The notes below the pieces were generated by a model. That model saw nothing but the letters and a program-made list of their open reading frames with translations, searched no databases and was not told where the DNA came from. The translations under genes and the position numbers were made by a program. A stretch of DNA of 64,000 nt from Candidatus Omnitrophota bacterium (GTDB taxonomy: Bacteria; Omnitrophota; Gorgyraeia; 2-01-FULL-45-10). This document shows, one piece after another, positions 55,625 to 64,000 of this stretch; within the stretch, counting starts at the first letter, position 1, and every line of letters begins with the position of its first letter. The stretch is from the NCBI GenBank assembly GCA_030695905.1, contig JAUYOL010000043.1:64998-128997 (forward strand). The letters are read 5' to 3'.

Positions 55625-56530
55625 TTATCTTCCCAAAATTTTTGTCAGATACTCCACGCCCCGCCGCAGATCTTCTATGCTTGCAGGGTGATGCGCTTCT
55701 ATTACTTTTATGGTATCTTTACTAATATAAGGCTTCAATACATTAAAATCGAACGTTCCCGCGCCCGGAGCCTTATGGTCATCTATGAGCCCAATTATAT
55801 CATGAAGATGCATGCCAAGCAAGCGGCTTGAAAATTTGCTCAAAAGCTGCAGGTGGCCATAAAACCCCAACCTTTCAAATACTTCCGCATGGCCGACATC
55901 GTGCCAGTAAAATAGTTCTCCGGTCTTAAAATGGCGGAATATTTCCTCAAATTCGTCCATCAGCGGTATTTCGCGGTAGTAGTATCTATTCTCCACAGCG
56001 GGCGCGATGCCTTTTTTGGCGGCATAGGGCACTATATCTTCAAGGCTTTTGATAACCTGCCTCATATGCGGGTCTTTTTTCGCGTCTCTGGCCGATACCA
56101 TCTCTTTTTTTACGCTCTCAAACTTTTCCTTGTCGCCCGCTAAAGAAGCCAGTTCCCTGGTCCTGCCCTGCATCTCTACCCTGCCGATATGGAATACGAC
56201 GGCTCTGGCATCGAACATCTTTGCGTAATCTATCGTATTCATGGCCACTTTTACCGCCATAGCGCGTTCTCCGTCGTCCGTCGAAGAGAGCGAATAATAA
56301 TCGGGAGAGGCTTTTTCGGGCGCTATTTCTACAGGCAGCGGGCACATATTATGAAGGCTCGAGACTTTGATCTCGCCGCGGCGTTTTAATTTTAATATTT
56401 CTTCGACTGTTTTTAGAGGCAGTGTGAAGCCAAGCTCCACGGTATCGAAGCCTGCCGATTTGATCTCATCTATTAGTTTAGCTGCGCTGGAGTGCCTTGA
56501 CGCGTTCCATGAAGTGGAAAGGCTGAACAT
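55625..56530 (-). CDS. Sugar phosphate isomerase/epimerase TIM-barrel protein
   Basis: EN, D.GHA, HLHD, DH..PG.G..DF. Confidence 0.8.
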   Translation of the reverse strand: MFSLSTSWNASRHSSAAKLIDEIKSAGFDTVELGFTLPLKTVEEILKLKRRGEIKVSSLHNMCPLPVEIAPEKASPDYYSLSSTDDGERAMAVKVAMNTIDYAKMFDARAVVFHIGRVEMQGRTRELASLAGDKEKFESVKKEMVSARDAKKDPHMRQVIKSLEDIVPYAAKKGIAPAVENRYYYREIPLMDEFEEIFRHFKTGELFYWHDVGHAEVFERLGFYGHLQLLSKFSSRLLGMHLHDIIGLIDDHKAPGAGTFDFNVLKPYISKDTIKVIEAHHPASIEDLRRGVEYLTKILGR

Positions 56531-56537
56531 TTTGTTT

Positions 56538-59120
56538 TTACTCTGGCTCTATGACTATTTCGGTATATGCGTTTAAGGTAAAGTATTTATTCGCGACTCT
56601 CTTAACATCCTCTTTTGTTACCTTCTTTATCTGGTCCTCATACTTATAGAGATTATCATAGCCCAATCCGTAAAGTTCGTCCAGAGCGCTCTGGAATGAG
56701 TATGAAGTATTTGTCTGCATAAGCATCTTGTAGCTGCTTACCAATTCTTTTTTCGCGGAATTCAATTCTTCTTCCGACACAGCCGTGTCTTTAATAATTT
56801 TTATTTCACCGTAAAGTTTCTCTTTCGACAATTCCAGCTTATCCTTCGTGGTAGCCACATAAAATAAGAAAAAGCCCGTGTCGAGGCCGAGCTTTTGCGC
56901 GCAGCCGAGCGTGTAAGAAGCTCCTGATTTTTCGCGTATCGCGGAAAAGAGCCTTCCTGACATTCCCGATAAGAGCGTATCCAGAACATCCAGCGGATAT
57001 CTGTCCGGATTGCTTATGCCGACGGTCCTGAAGCCCAGAACAAGAAGAGCCTGGTCCCTGTCCATCCCGAAGGACTCTTTTTTTATTTTACCCGGCAACA
57101 TTTCGGGCAATGGCTTCTTTTGTAATTCTCTGGATGGCGCTGACTTAAACAGCGCTTCTACCTTTTGGAATACTTTTTCCGGCTCTATATCCCCGGAAAC
57201 AGAAATAACCATATTGTTCGGCACACAATAGGTATGATAAAAATTGAGCAGTTCGTCCCTTTTGAAAGATGAAATGGTTTCTATTTCTCCGGTGTAACGC
57301 ATACCGTAAGGATGCCCCTCAAAAAGGTTCCTCTTCATCAATAGGCCGCCATATTGAAATATATCGCCGTCTTCATCCCTTATATCCGCGATAGCTAAAA
57401 CTTTTTCTTTTCCTATCTCATCCTGCGGAAATGTTGAATCTAAAATAACATCCTTAGCGATCTCCAACGCGAGGTCGAGGTCGTCTTTAAGCGCCACTAT
57501 GTTGATGCCGAAGCTGTTAAATCCGCTGAACGGCTCGATCTGGCCCCCGCGGTTTTCAATAGCGCCTTTTATATCGGCTTCTTTCCTGCTCTTCGTCCCG
57601 TTAAGCATCATGTCCGCAACAAAAGCGGATATACCGTTATTTTCTTTTGTCTCTATGAGTAATCCTCCGGAGAATACTATCGTTACAGCGACCGCCGGCA
57701 CTTTGGCGCTTCGCCTCGCGAGCACAGTAAGGCCGTTCGGAAGCTTTTTCTTTTCTATCTTCTCTTCGCCGGAAGATTTTGGCACTTTTATATCTTTTAA
57801 TACCGATTCGTCCTTTGGGGTAAGCCTGACTTCGGTAAGATTGTCATTATTAAGATACAACAGAGCCATGCGCCTTATGTCGGATTTCGTAACCTTGTTT
57901 ATGCCTTCTATATAACGATCCGAGAAATCATACACGCCGGTCATTATCTCGCTTTCGCATAAGTCTCTTGCCTGACCCTCAATAGTTTCTTTGGAGAGTA
58001 TATAGTCGCTTAAAAGCATTTTCTTCGCGGTTTCAAGCTCCGAGTCCGTCACGCCTTCATTTTTTATCTTATCTATTTCGCTTAAAACCAGCTTGCTCGA
58101 TTCCTCGATATTATTCTTGTCCAGGATTATGCTTACTATAAAAAGACCAGGATCTTCCGGCGTATAGTTTGACGCAGATATGGAATGGGCTACTCTTCTG
58201 TCTTCAACCAGGGTTTTATTAAAACGCGAGTTGTTCCCACGGCTAAGTATAATCGAAAGCACATCCATAGCGAAGAGGTCTTTACTAAGGATGCCCGTTG
58301 AATGGAACCCCATAGCCATATACGATAACGTCGACGGCGCTTCTTCTTCGATAAGTTTTTTGCCGATCTGCGGCGGCTCAAGTCCGCCGGTATTCGAAGC
58401 CTTGTAATCCGGCTTCCTGAAATCCTTAAACTCTTTCTCTATCAATGCGATAGCATCTTTGCAGTCTACGCCGCCCGCTATCGCGATGACTATATTGTTC
58501 GGTATATATCGGCTGTTGTAATATTTGACCAGATCGTTTCTCGTCAAGCCATTAAGCAGATCTTCGTATCCTATCGCGGGATATCTGTATGGATGCCTTA
58601 TGTATGAATTAAAAAATAGCGTTAGAATGGCCTTCTTCTCGGGGTCATCCTCGCTCATCCTCACTTCTTTTAATATTACATCCCGCTCCCTGTTCATCTC
58701 GACGGGATCGAATGAGGCATTTAAAAGCATATCTTTAAGAAGACGAACCGCCTCGGCAAAATTCTTGGAAGGAACCGTTAACTGATAAGTCGTAAAATCG
58801 CTCGATACCGCGCCGTCGATGAGTCCGCCGTATGACCGGACCTCTTTTTCTATATCGCCCGGTTTTCTTGCGGCGGTGCCTTTAAAGAGCATATGCTCCA
58901 CAAGATGCGATATTCCTGTGCCAAGATACTCCTGCTCGTATTTAGGAGCCGCTCTTACGGCGACATCTATAGTGACCAGGTCTTTGGGCGCAGACTCTTT
59001 CACCAAAACAGTGAGGCCGTTCTTAAGGACTTGCCTTAAAACGGCCTCATTTGCAAAAGTCAAACCCTGCCATAAAATCAGCAGCGGTAGAACCAGAGTA
59101 AAAAATTTAATTCTCTTCAC
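56538..59120 (-). CDS. M16 zinc peptidase (pitrilysin family), secreted
   Basis: HLVEHMLFKG (HxxEH); duplicated halves; signal peptide. Confidence 0.95.
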   Translation of the reverse strand: MKRIKFFTLVLPLLILWQGLTFANEAVLRQVLKNGLTVLVKESAPKDLVTIDVAVRAAPKYEQEYLGTGISHLVEHMLFKGTAARKPGDIEKEVRSYGGLIDGAVSSDFTTYQLTVPSKNFAEAVRLLKDMLLNASFDPVEMNRERDVILKEVRMSEDDPEKKAILTLFFNSYIRHPYRYPAIGYEDLLNGLTRNDLVKYYNSRYIPNNIVIAIAGGVDCKDAIALIEKEFKDFRKPDYKASNTGGLEPPQIGKKLIEEEAPSTLSYMAMGFHSTGILSKDLFAMDVLSIILSRGNNSRFNKTLVEDRRVAHSISASNYTPEDPGLFIVSIILDKNNIEESSKLVLSEIDKIKNEGVTDSELETAKKMLLSDYILSKETIEGQARDLCESEIMTGVYDFSDRYIEGINKVTKSDIRRMALLYLNNDNLTEVRLTPKDESVLKDIKVPKSSGEEKIEKKKLPNGLTVLARRSAKVPAVAVTIVFSGGLLIETKENNGISAFVADMMLNGTKSRKEADIKGAIENRGGQIEPFSGFNSFGINIVALKDDLDLALEIAKDVILDSTFPQDEIGKEKVLAIADIRDEDGDIFQYGGLLMKRNLFEGHPYGMRYTGEIETISSFKRDELLNFYHTYCVPNNMVISVSGDIEPEKVFQKVEALFKSAPSRELQKKPLPEMLPGKIKKESFGMDRDQALLVLGFRTVGISNPDRYPLDVLDTLLSGMSGRLFSAIREKSGASYTLGCAQKLGLDTGFFLFYVATTKDKLELSKEKLYGEIKIIKDTAVSEEELNSAKKELVSSYKMLMQTNTSYSFQSALDELYGLGYDNLYKYEDQIKKVTKEDVKRVANKYFTLNAYTEIVIEPE

Positions 59121-59284
59121 CGAGATCCCGTCGATCGCTTCTTCCGGCGTTTTCTCTCACTTGGCTTTTCGTAATGTTTTCTCTCTTTGAGAGTTCTTAA
59201 GATGCCTTCGCGTTCGATCTTCTTCTTAAAACGTCGTAAAGCCTTTTCGAGCGGTTCATTCTCGCCAACATTGACTATTGGCAT
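59117..59284 (-). CDS. rpsU: 30S ribosomal protein bS21 (absent from ORF track)
   Basis: MPIVNVGENEPLEKALRRFKKKIEREGIL...RKHYEKPS. Confidence 0.93.
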   Translation of the reverse strand: MPIVNVGENEPLEKALRRFKKKIEREGILRTLKERKHYEKPSERKRRKKRSTGSR

Positions 59285-59317
59285 TTTTTATCACCCTTTC
59301 TATATAAATTTGATTAT

Positions 59318-60010
59318 TTATTTTATCACGATAGGGCATGCCTTGTCAATCAGAGTAGCAACTTCTTCTAATCTATCGGCTATTATATCTGCGCCCTTAA
59401 GATACTCTTTTGGCAGGCTCGTCGTTATAGCTACGCAGAACATTCCCGCCCTCTTCGCGGAAGTTACGCCGTATGGCGCGTTCTCTATAACCAAACACTC
59501 GGATGGTTTTATCTTAAGGCTCTTTGATGCCTTCAGGTACGGCTCCGGATTTGGCTTGCCCTTTTTAACGCAATCTCCCGTTACTATAAAATCGAATAAC
59601 TTCTCTATCTTTCTGGGGAGTATCTGTTTTACCCCTTCTTTTGTGGTTGCAGTCACTAAACCCAGCGGATACCCTCTCTTTTTCATGCAGATCAAAAATT
59701 CGACCGCGCCTTTAAACACGAATCTTTTAAACCGGTTTTTAAAAAGTTTCTTCCTGGCCAAAAATACTTTTTTAAATATATCTTTCGTGGGGCTTATTCC
59801 GGAACCTTTAAGAAAGTCCATCAGCGACTTTTCCCAATGTTCGCCTTCCCTGGTATATACATCAAAACACTTTACGCTGATGCCCATCGGACGCAGCGCT
59901 TCATACCATGCGAGAAAATGATACGGCATAGAATCGACTATAACACCGTCCATGTCGCATATTATGGCTTTTGGCTTAAAATTTAATTCTTTTACTACTT
60001 TCGCGCCCAT
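59318..60010 (-). CDS. HAD family phosphatase
   Basis: DMDGVI.DS, GKP.PEPY, IENAP.G. Confidence 0.92.
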   Translation of the reverse strand: MGAKVVKELNFKPKAIICDMDGVIVDSMPYHFLAWYEALRPMGISVKCFDVYTREGEHWEKSLMDFLKGSGISPTKDIFKKVFLARKKLFKNRFKRFVFKGAVEFLICMKKRGYPLGLVTATTKEGVKQILPRKIEKLFDFIVTGDCVKKGKPNPEPYLKASKSLKIKPSECLVIENAPYGVTSAKRAGMFCVAITTSLPKEYLKGADIIADRLEEVATLIDKACPIVIK

Positions 60011-60017
60011 AAAAACC

Positions 60018-60665
60018 TCATTTTTTGAAAGCTATGGTTATATTGAAGGACATCTTAGGCGCGGATATCGCTTTGGGAAGAGCGGAAAACGGAGCTACCG
60101 CCATAAGGCTGGTGCTCGTTATGTGAAGCAATACATTATCCTTGGTCGATCTCGCCCGGTCTATACTATATGTCAGAAGCGCCCCTCTGTCATTCAACAC
60201 AAAGGATAGGTAGACGTCACCTTCTCCGTTATAATATCTGTAATTATCCTGCAGCCTCGCCCTTATCCTGTCCTTCAAATATCCGTAGTAGCTTATGTAA
60301 TCCTTGCTCGATTTTATTTCCGATTCTTTTCTATCCGCCGCTTTTATGTTTTTTAAATCATCCTTCTTTACAGCTCTGTCCGTCTTTCGCTTGTAATACG
60401 ACTTATCGTGTTTGGCCTGTACTGTCCGTGGCGCGGAAGATTTTTGTATTTCAGGCTTTGGCGCCTCCCGCACTGCGACATCTTCTTTATTGGATGTATT
60501 GGCTATTGTGATATTACTGATCTGGCTTAATATCATGTAGTCCACTATTACGGGGTCTTTTCTGACAAAATCACTCCTGATAAGGCTGTGGGTGTAAAGC
60601 GGCGCGGCTATAGCGGTATGTATTATCCCGGAGATTATAAATGCGCTTCTTAGTCCCATATCCAT
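60018..60665 (-). CDS. TonB/TolA C-terminal family protein
   Basis: N-terminal S...H TM motif; C-terminal G.V...F.L...G and APF..LP. Confidence 0.75.
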   Translation of the reverse strand: MDMGLRSAFIISGIIHTAIAAPLYTHSLIRSDFVRKDPVIVDYMILSQISNITIANTSNKEDVAVREAPKPEIQKSSAPRTVQAKHDKSYYKRKTDRAVKKDDLKNIKAADRKESEIKSSKDYISYYGYLKDRIRARLQDNYRYYNGEGDVYLSFVLNDRGALLTYSIDRARSTKDNVLLHITSTSLMAVAPFSALPKAISAPKMSFNITIAFKK

Positions 60666-60689
60666 ACAAGTGAGTATAGATTAACGGGG

Positions 60690-61514
60690 TCAGGATGTCA
60701 ATAGTCCATAACCACGCGGCGTGATCATAAACCCGCCCTTTAGATAAGTTTTGGAATTACCGACTATGATAGTTGTTGCCATATTTATTTTTTCGGACGA
60801 TATCAATCTCTCTAAGGTAGTGACTACGACTTCCTGATTATCTCTGTAGGCATTTTGCACAATACCCACAGGCGTTTGCGGTGATTTATATTTTAACAAT
60901 ATCTCGCAGGCCTTTTGGAAAGGAATGATTCTTTTGGTGCTCTTAGGATTATAGAGCGCAATAACAAAATCAGCCTTCGCGGCTAATTCGACTCTTCTTT
61001 TAATCAACTTCAAATCAGTTAAAAGATCGCTTAACGAGATGACTGCAAAATCATGCATTAAAGGCGCTCCCAAAAGGGCCGCGCAAGATGTGGCGGCAAT
61101 GATACCGGGAATAATTTCAATCTCAATCCTGTTCAGGTCATCTTTCTTTAAAAGTTCCAAGACCAAACCAGCCATCCCATAAACGCCGGGATCGCCGCTT
61201 GAAATAATAGAGACCCTTTTACCCCTTCGGGCATTCTCTATAGCGCGCTTTGCCCTCTTGACCTCTTCAGTCATGCCTGAAAAGATAACCTCTTTACCGC
61301 GGGCCAGATCACCGAGCAGCCTCACATAGGTTTTATATCCGACAAGAACCTGGGATTCCTCTATGGCCTTCCGGGCGCATTGGCTCATATGCTTTATATG
61401 TCCCGGCCCTATACCGACTATCTTTAGGCTTCCCTTACTACCGCTATGGTAACTCTGCCGATTATCGTTTTTGGCAAAATTAATTTTGGACTTTTTGCTA
61501 CAATTAGCGCACAA
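60690..61514 (-). CDS. cbiH: Precorrin-3B C17-methyltransferase (start uncertain)
   Basis: IVGIGPG, VGY..Y, SSGDPGVYGMA, GAPLMHDF..ISLSD, YNP.S, TPRGY. Confidence 0.92.
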   Translation of the reverse strand: MCANCSKKSKINFAKNDNRQSYHSGSKGSLKIVGIGPGHIKHMSQCARKAIEESQVLVGYKTYVRLLGDLARGKEVIFSGMTEEVKRAKRAIENARRGKRVSIISSGDPGVYGMAGLVLELLKKDDLNRIEIEIIPGIIAATSCAALLGAPLMHDFAVISLSDLLTDLKLIKRRVELAAKADFVIALYNPKSTKRIIPFQKACEILLKYKSPQTPVGIVQNAYRDNQEVVVTTLERLISSEKINMATTIIVGNSKTYLKGGFMITPRGYGLLTS

Positions 61515-62164
61515 GGCTCGCTCACCCCCTCAATGCCGATCTTTTCTTTTACAAAGGACGATCTTTTATACGTTCCGTTAAATTTTTTTATCAACTCCGC
61601 AGGCACGATCCTTAATGGAATCCCTAACTCTGCGCATGCATCTTGCAGGCCCCGCTCATTTTGTTTTAAATCTATAGTGGCGATATACCTAACTCTATTT
61701 ATCGGATGCCCGGTTTTAGTCAAAGCATATCGTACCGCCTTTACAATCTCTCCCTTTTTTATGCCTCGCCTGCAGCCCACGCCGATTACTATATTACGTT
61801 TTGACTCCGAAGCCGTGGTAACAACCGGTTCCGCGCCTAAACTATTAGCAACCATGATGGCAAGGTTGTTTGCTCCACCCTCATGGCCTGATAACAGGCT
61901 GATCGCAAAACGTCCCCCCTCATCAACCACAACTATTGCCGGATCGGTATATTTATCCTTTATGTAGGCAGCGATAATCCTGACCACAATGCCCGTAGCC
62001 ATACAAAATATGATTCCATCAAATTCGGAAAAGAGTTTTTTCGTTAAATCTTTTAGCCTGCCCTTCGACGACAAGATATGTACTTCGGATCCTAAGATAT
62101 TTTTTTTAATCTCCAGGGCTGTGTTTTTGCCTTTTTTAGTTATTGCGACAATGGCTACCTTCAC
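61424..62164 (-). CDS. cbiG: Cobalt-precorrin-5A hydrolase
   Basis: ATGIVVR.IA....KY.DPA.VV.DE, LSGH.GGAN, GVGCRRG; GTG start after RBS. Confidence 0.93.
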   Translation of the reverse strand: MKVAIVAITKKGKNTALEIKKNILGSEVHILSSKGRLKDLTKKLFSEFDGIIFCMATGIVVRIIAAYIKDKYTDPAIVVVDEGGRFAISLLSGHEGGANNLAIMVANSLGAEPVVTTASESKRNIVIGVGCRRGIKKGEIVKAVRYALTKTGHPINRVRYIATIDLKQNERGLQDACAELGIPLRIVPAELIKKFNGTYKRSSFVKEKIGIEGVSEPCALIVAKSPKLILPKTIIGRVTIAVVREA

Positions 62165-62918
62165 TATCCCCCTTCTTCCTGAACATGTGGTCAAAATCTT
62201 TATCATATAGTTTAGATTTTTGATAATTTTTTCTCAGGACATCCCCAACAATAATCAAGGCCTGGCGCGTAATACCTGCCTCTTTAACTTTTTTTGCGAT
62301 ATCCCGCAATGTACCTATTATTTTTCTCTCTTGGGGAAAAGAGGCTTTTTCTATCACGGCAACCGGAGTATTTAACCCATAACCGTCCTTCAGTTTCCTT
62401 ATAACACGCTCTATTTCCTGAATACTCAGGAAAATCACCATTGTAGCTCTTGCCTTGGACAACTTTCGCAAATCTTCTTTAGCGGGTACTTTGGTCCTGC
62501 CTGAAACCCTTGTTAATATTATTGTCTGGCTCACCCCTGGAAGCGTAAGCTCCTGCTTTAAGCTTGCGGCCGCTGCCTGAAAAGAACTCACCCCGGGAAT
62601 AACAGAATAATCTATCTTCTGTTTCTGACACCAATCCATCTGCTCCTGGATCGCGCCATAGATCGACGGGTCGCCGCTATGAATTCTGGCCACTATCTTA
62701 TTGGTTGATTTCGCTTTTTTGATTAGGCATAATACATCTTCGAGGCTCATCGCGCTCGAATCGTAAAGCCTCGCGCCTTTTTTGGCCGGTTTAATGATAT
62801 CCTTATTTATTAATGAGCCGGCGTAAATAATAATATCCGCCTTCTTAATTATCTTTCCTGCCTTTATAGTCAGGAGTTCCGGATCGCCCGGCCCAGCACC
62901 TATAAAATATATTTTCAT
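62136..62918 (-). CDS. cbiF: Precorrin-4 C11-methyltransferase
   Basis: FIGAGPGDPELLT, YAGSL, HSGDPS.YGAI.EQ, SKLYD..F.H.FR. Confidence 0.95.
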   Translation of the reverse strand: MKIYFIGAGPGDPELLTIKAGKIIKKADIIIYAGSLINKDIIKPAKKGARLYDSSAMSLEDVLCLIKKAKSTNKIVARIHSGDPSIYGAIQEQMDWCQKQKIDYSVIPGVSSFQAAAASLKQELTLPGVSQTIILTRVSGRTKVPAKEDLRKLSKARATMVIFLSIQEIERVIRKLKDGYGLNTPVAVIEKASFPQERKIIGTLRDIAKKVKEAGITRQALIIVGDVLRKNYQKSKLYDKDFDHMFRKKGDSEGSHCRNN

Positions 62919-63655
62919 ATTATATTATCCACATTCCGCTTTACTATGATTACGGAAAGGTATCCTGCCTTCTTATCTTTTAAAGAAGAAAGGTCGCATA
63001 CTATCCTTTCGCCCGCCTGACCGGCATGACTAACCAGGACTGAATTTTTTATAAGTTTCATTTCCTTCAAAAGACAAATTACTCTGTCAAGTTTTGAGCC
63101 GACTTTCATTAAAACCACTGTGTCAAATTCTTTTAATGTCTTTTTTAATCCTGCAAGATTCTTTGTCACCGGTAATATGGCCAGTCTCTCATTCCCTTTT
63201 ACAAGCGGCAGGCCGCTGGAAGCCGCCGCGGCACTAAACGCGCTGATCCCAGGGACAGTCTCTACCCTTATGTCTGGAAAATTTTTACGTAAAGTCTCTA
63301 AAAGATAGATGTATGTGCTATAAATAAACGGATCCCCTATTGTGACAAATGCGGCTATTCGATCTTTTTTTAACTCTTTGGCTATTTTTTCAGCCGCGCC
63401 CAGCCAGCTTGACTTTAGCTTTTTTCGATCCTTCGTCATTGGGAAAGTAAGCTCAATAAAATTTTTTGACCCCGGAACAGCCGCTTCCACTATAGATCGG
63501 GCGCACGACCTTTCGCCATCTTTTGCTCTTGGAGTAAAGATGATATTAACCTTATCCAATATCTCCATTGCCTTTACGGTAAGCAGTTTCGGATCTCCCG
63601 GACCTATACCCACTCCATAAAGCCTGCAGGCTATTTTTTTATAATCATTGCGCAT
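62915..63655 (-). CDS. cbiL: Precorrin-2 C20-methyltransferase
   Basis: LYGVGIGPGDP.LLT.KA, FPM, GDP..YST, LMK. Confidence 0.93.
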   Translation of the reverse strand: MRNDYKKIACRLYGVGIGPGDPKLLTVKAMEILDKVNIIFTPRAKDGERSCARSIVEAAVPGSKNFIELTFPMTKDRKKLKSSWLGAAEKIAKELKKDRIAAFVTIGDPFIYSTYIYLLETLRKNFPDIRVETVPGISAFSAAAASSGLPLVKGNERLAILPVTKNLAGLKKTLKEFDTVVLMKVGSKLDRVICLLKEMKLIKNSVLVSHAGQAGERIVCDLSSLKDKKAGYLSVIIVKRNVDNII

Positions 63656-64000
63656 AACCCGAACCCCCTCTTACTTGACAATCCTTTTAGATCGGTATCG
63701 ACGATTCTCTCATTTGGATATGTAAGGGCTTCGAAGACAACCGCCCTTCTATTTTTAACGCCATTATGCAGTAAATAGTCAGCTATTTTCCCGGGAGGAA
63801 ATTTCATATCAGTGAATAAAAAGACTTTGTCGGAACTCTTGACATCCCTGACTAAATTCCCCTTTCCTCTGCCGTGTATACTGATGATCTTCGCATCCTG
63901 CCAGCTCTCGCCAATCTTAGCAAAAGCGATCTGCAGGGTGCTTATGCCGGGGATTACCGCGTATTCTTCTTTCTTTAAAGCCGTCCTAATAGCGCCCAGG
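63631..64000 (-). CDS. cbiE: Precorrin-6Y C5,15-methyltransferase, C-terminal part (runs off window end)
   Basis: Manual translation VIPGISTLQIAFAKIGESWQDAKIISIHGR...E.LTYPNERI. Confidence 0.85.
   Translation of the reverse strand, partial: LGAIRTALKKEEYAVIPGISTLQIAFAKIGESWQDAKIISIHGRGKGNLVRDVKSSDKVFLFTDMKFPPGKIADYLLHNGVKNRRAVVFEALTYPNERIVDTDLKGLSSKRGFGLCAMIIKK

Noticed and set aside
60664-60686. Partial match to the nitrogen promoter motif (ACTTGTAT) upstream of the TonB-like gene
   Set aside because: No GTTACC at the 17-nt spacing, no A/T tracts and no ANTAR hairpin; overlaps the start codon
1008-63620. Numerous plus-strand and alternate-frame ORFs in the track (e.g. 4513-5073, 10111-10719, 42432-43274, 43723-44352)
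   Set aside because: They are shadows of well-supported minus-strand genes and show no recognisable motifs

Overview
A gene-dense bacterial chromosomal segment, almost entirely on the minus strand; only an exeA/exeB-like pair is on plus. A PVC-type small basic protein, LPS heptose genes and many PilZ genes point to a PVC-superphylum diderm, probably Omnitrophota-like (inference). Layout: (1) 1-8.6 kb nitrogen-assimilation island with a partial type III glutamine synthetase, two amtB-glnK pairs, a small HTH gene, a beta-barrel porin, an alternative sigma factor, Gln-dependent nadE and a GAF-ANTAR regulator; (2) 9-31 kb housekeeping genes mixed with c-di-GMP genes (six PilZ proteins, HD-GYP, YajQ), exeAB and a helicase-nuclease; (3) 33-36.6 kb accessory patch with small peptides, a RelE/Phd toxin-antitoxin pair, YHS and NlpC/P60 genes, REP-like motifs and a 230-nt rod-like element; (4) nucleotide metabolism, tRNA-Gly, thiC, heptose, pfkA, acc and aro genes; (5) a cobalamin cbi cluster. 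The strongest candidate for an undescribed system is a two-tier nitrogen regulon readable from the DNA. The motif GTTACCAAAA-N8-TTTTTACTTGTAT, with identical spacing in all three copies, precedes the porin, amtB and GS units and is probably the promoter for the co-encoded sigma factor. Five leaders, including the sigma gene's own, carry ANTAR-type hairpins overlapping intrinsic terminators, which suggests an ANTAR-to-sigma feed-forward loop. All product calls come from motif recognition by eye; no database searches were run.
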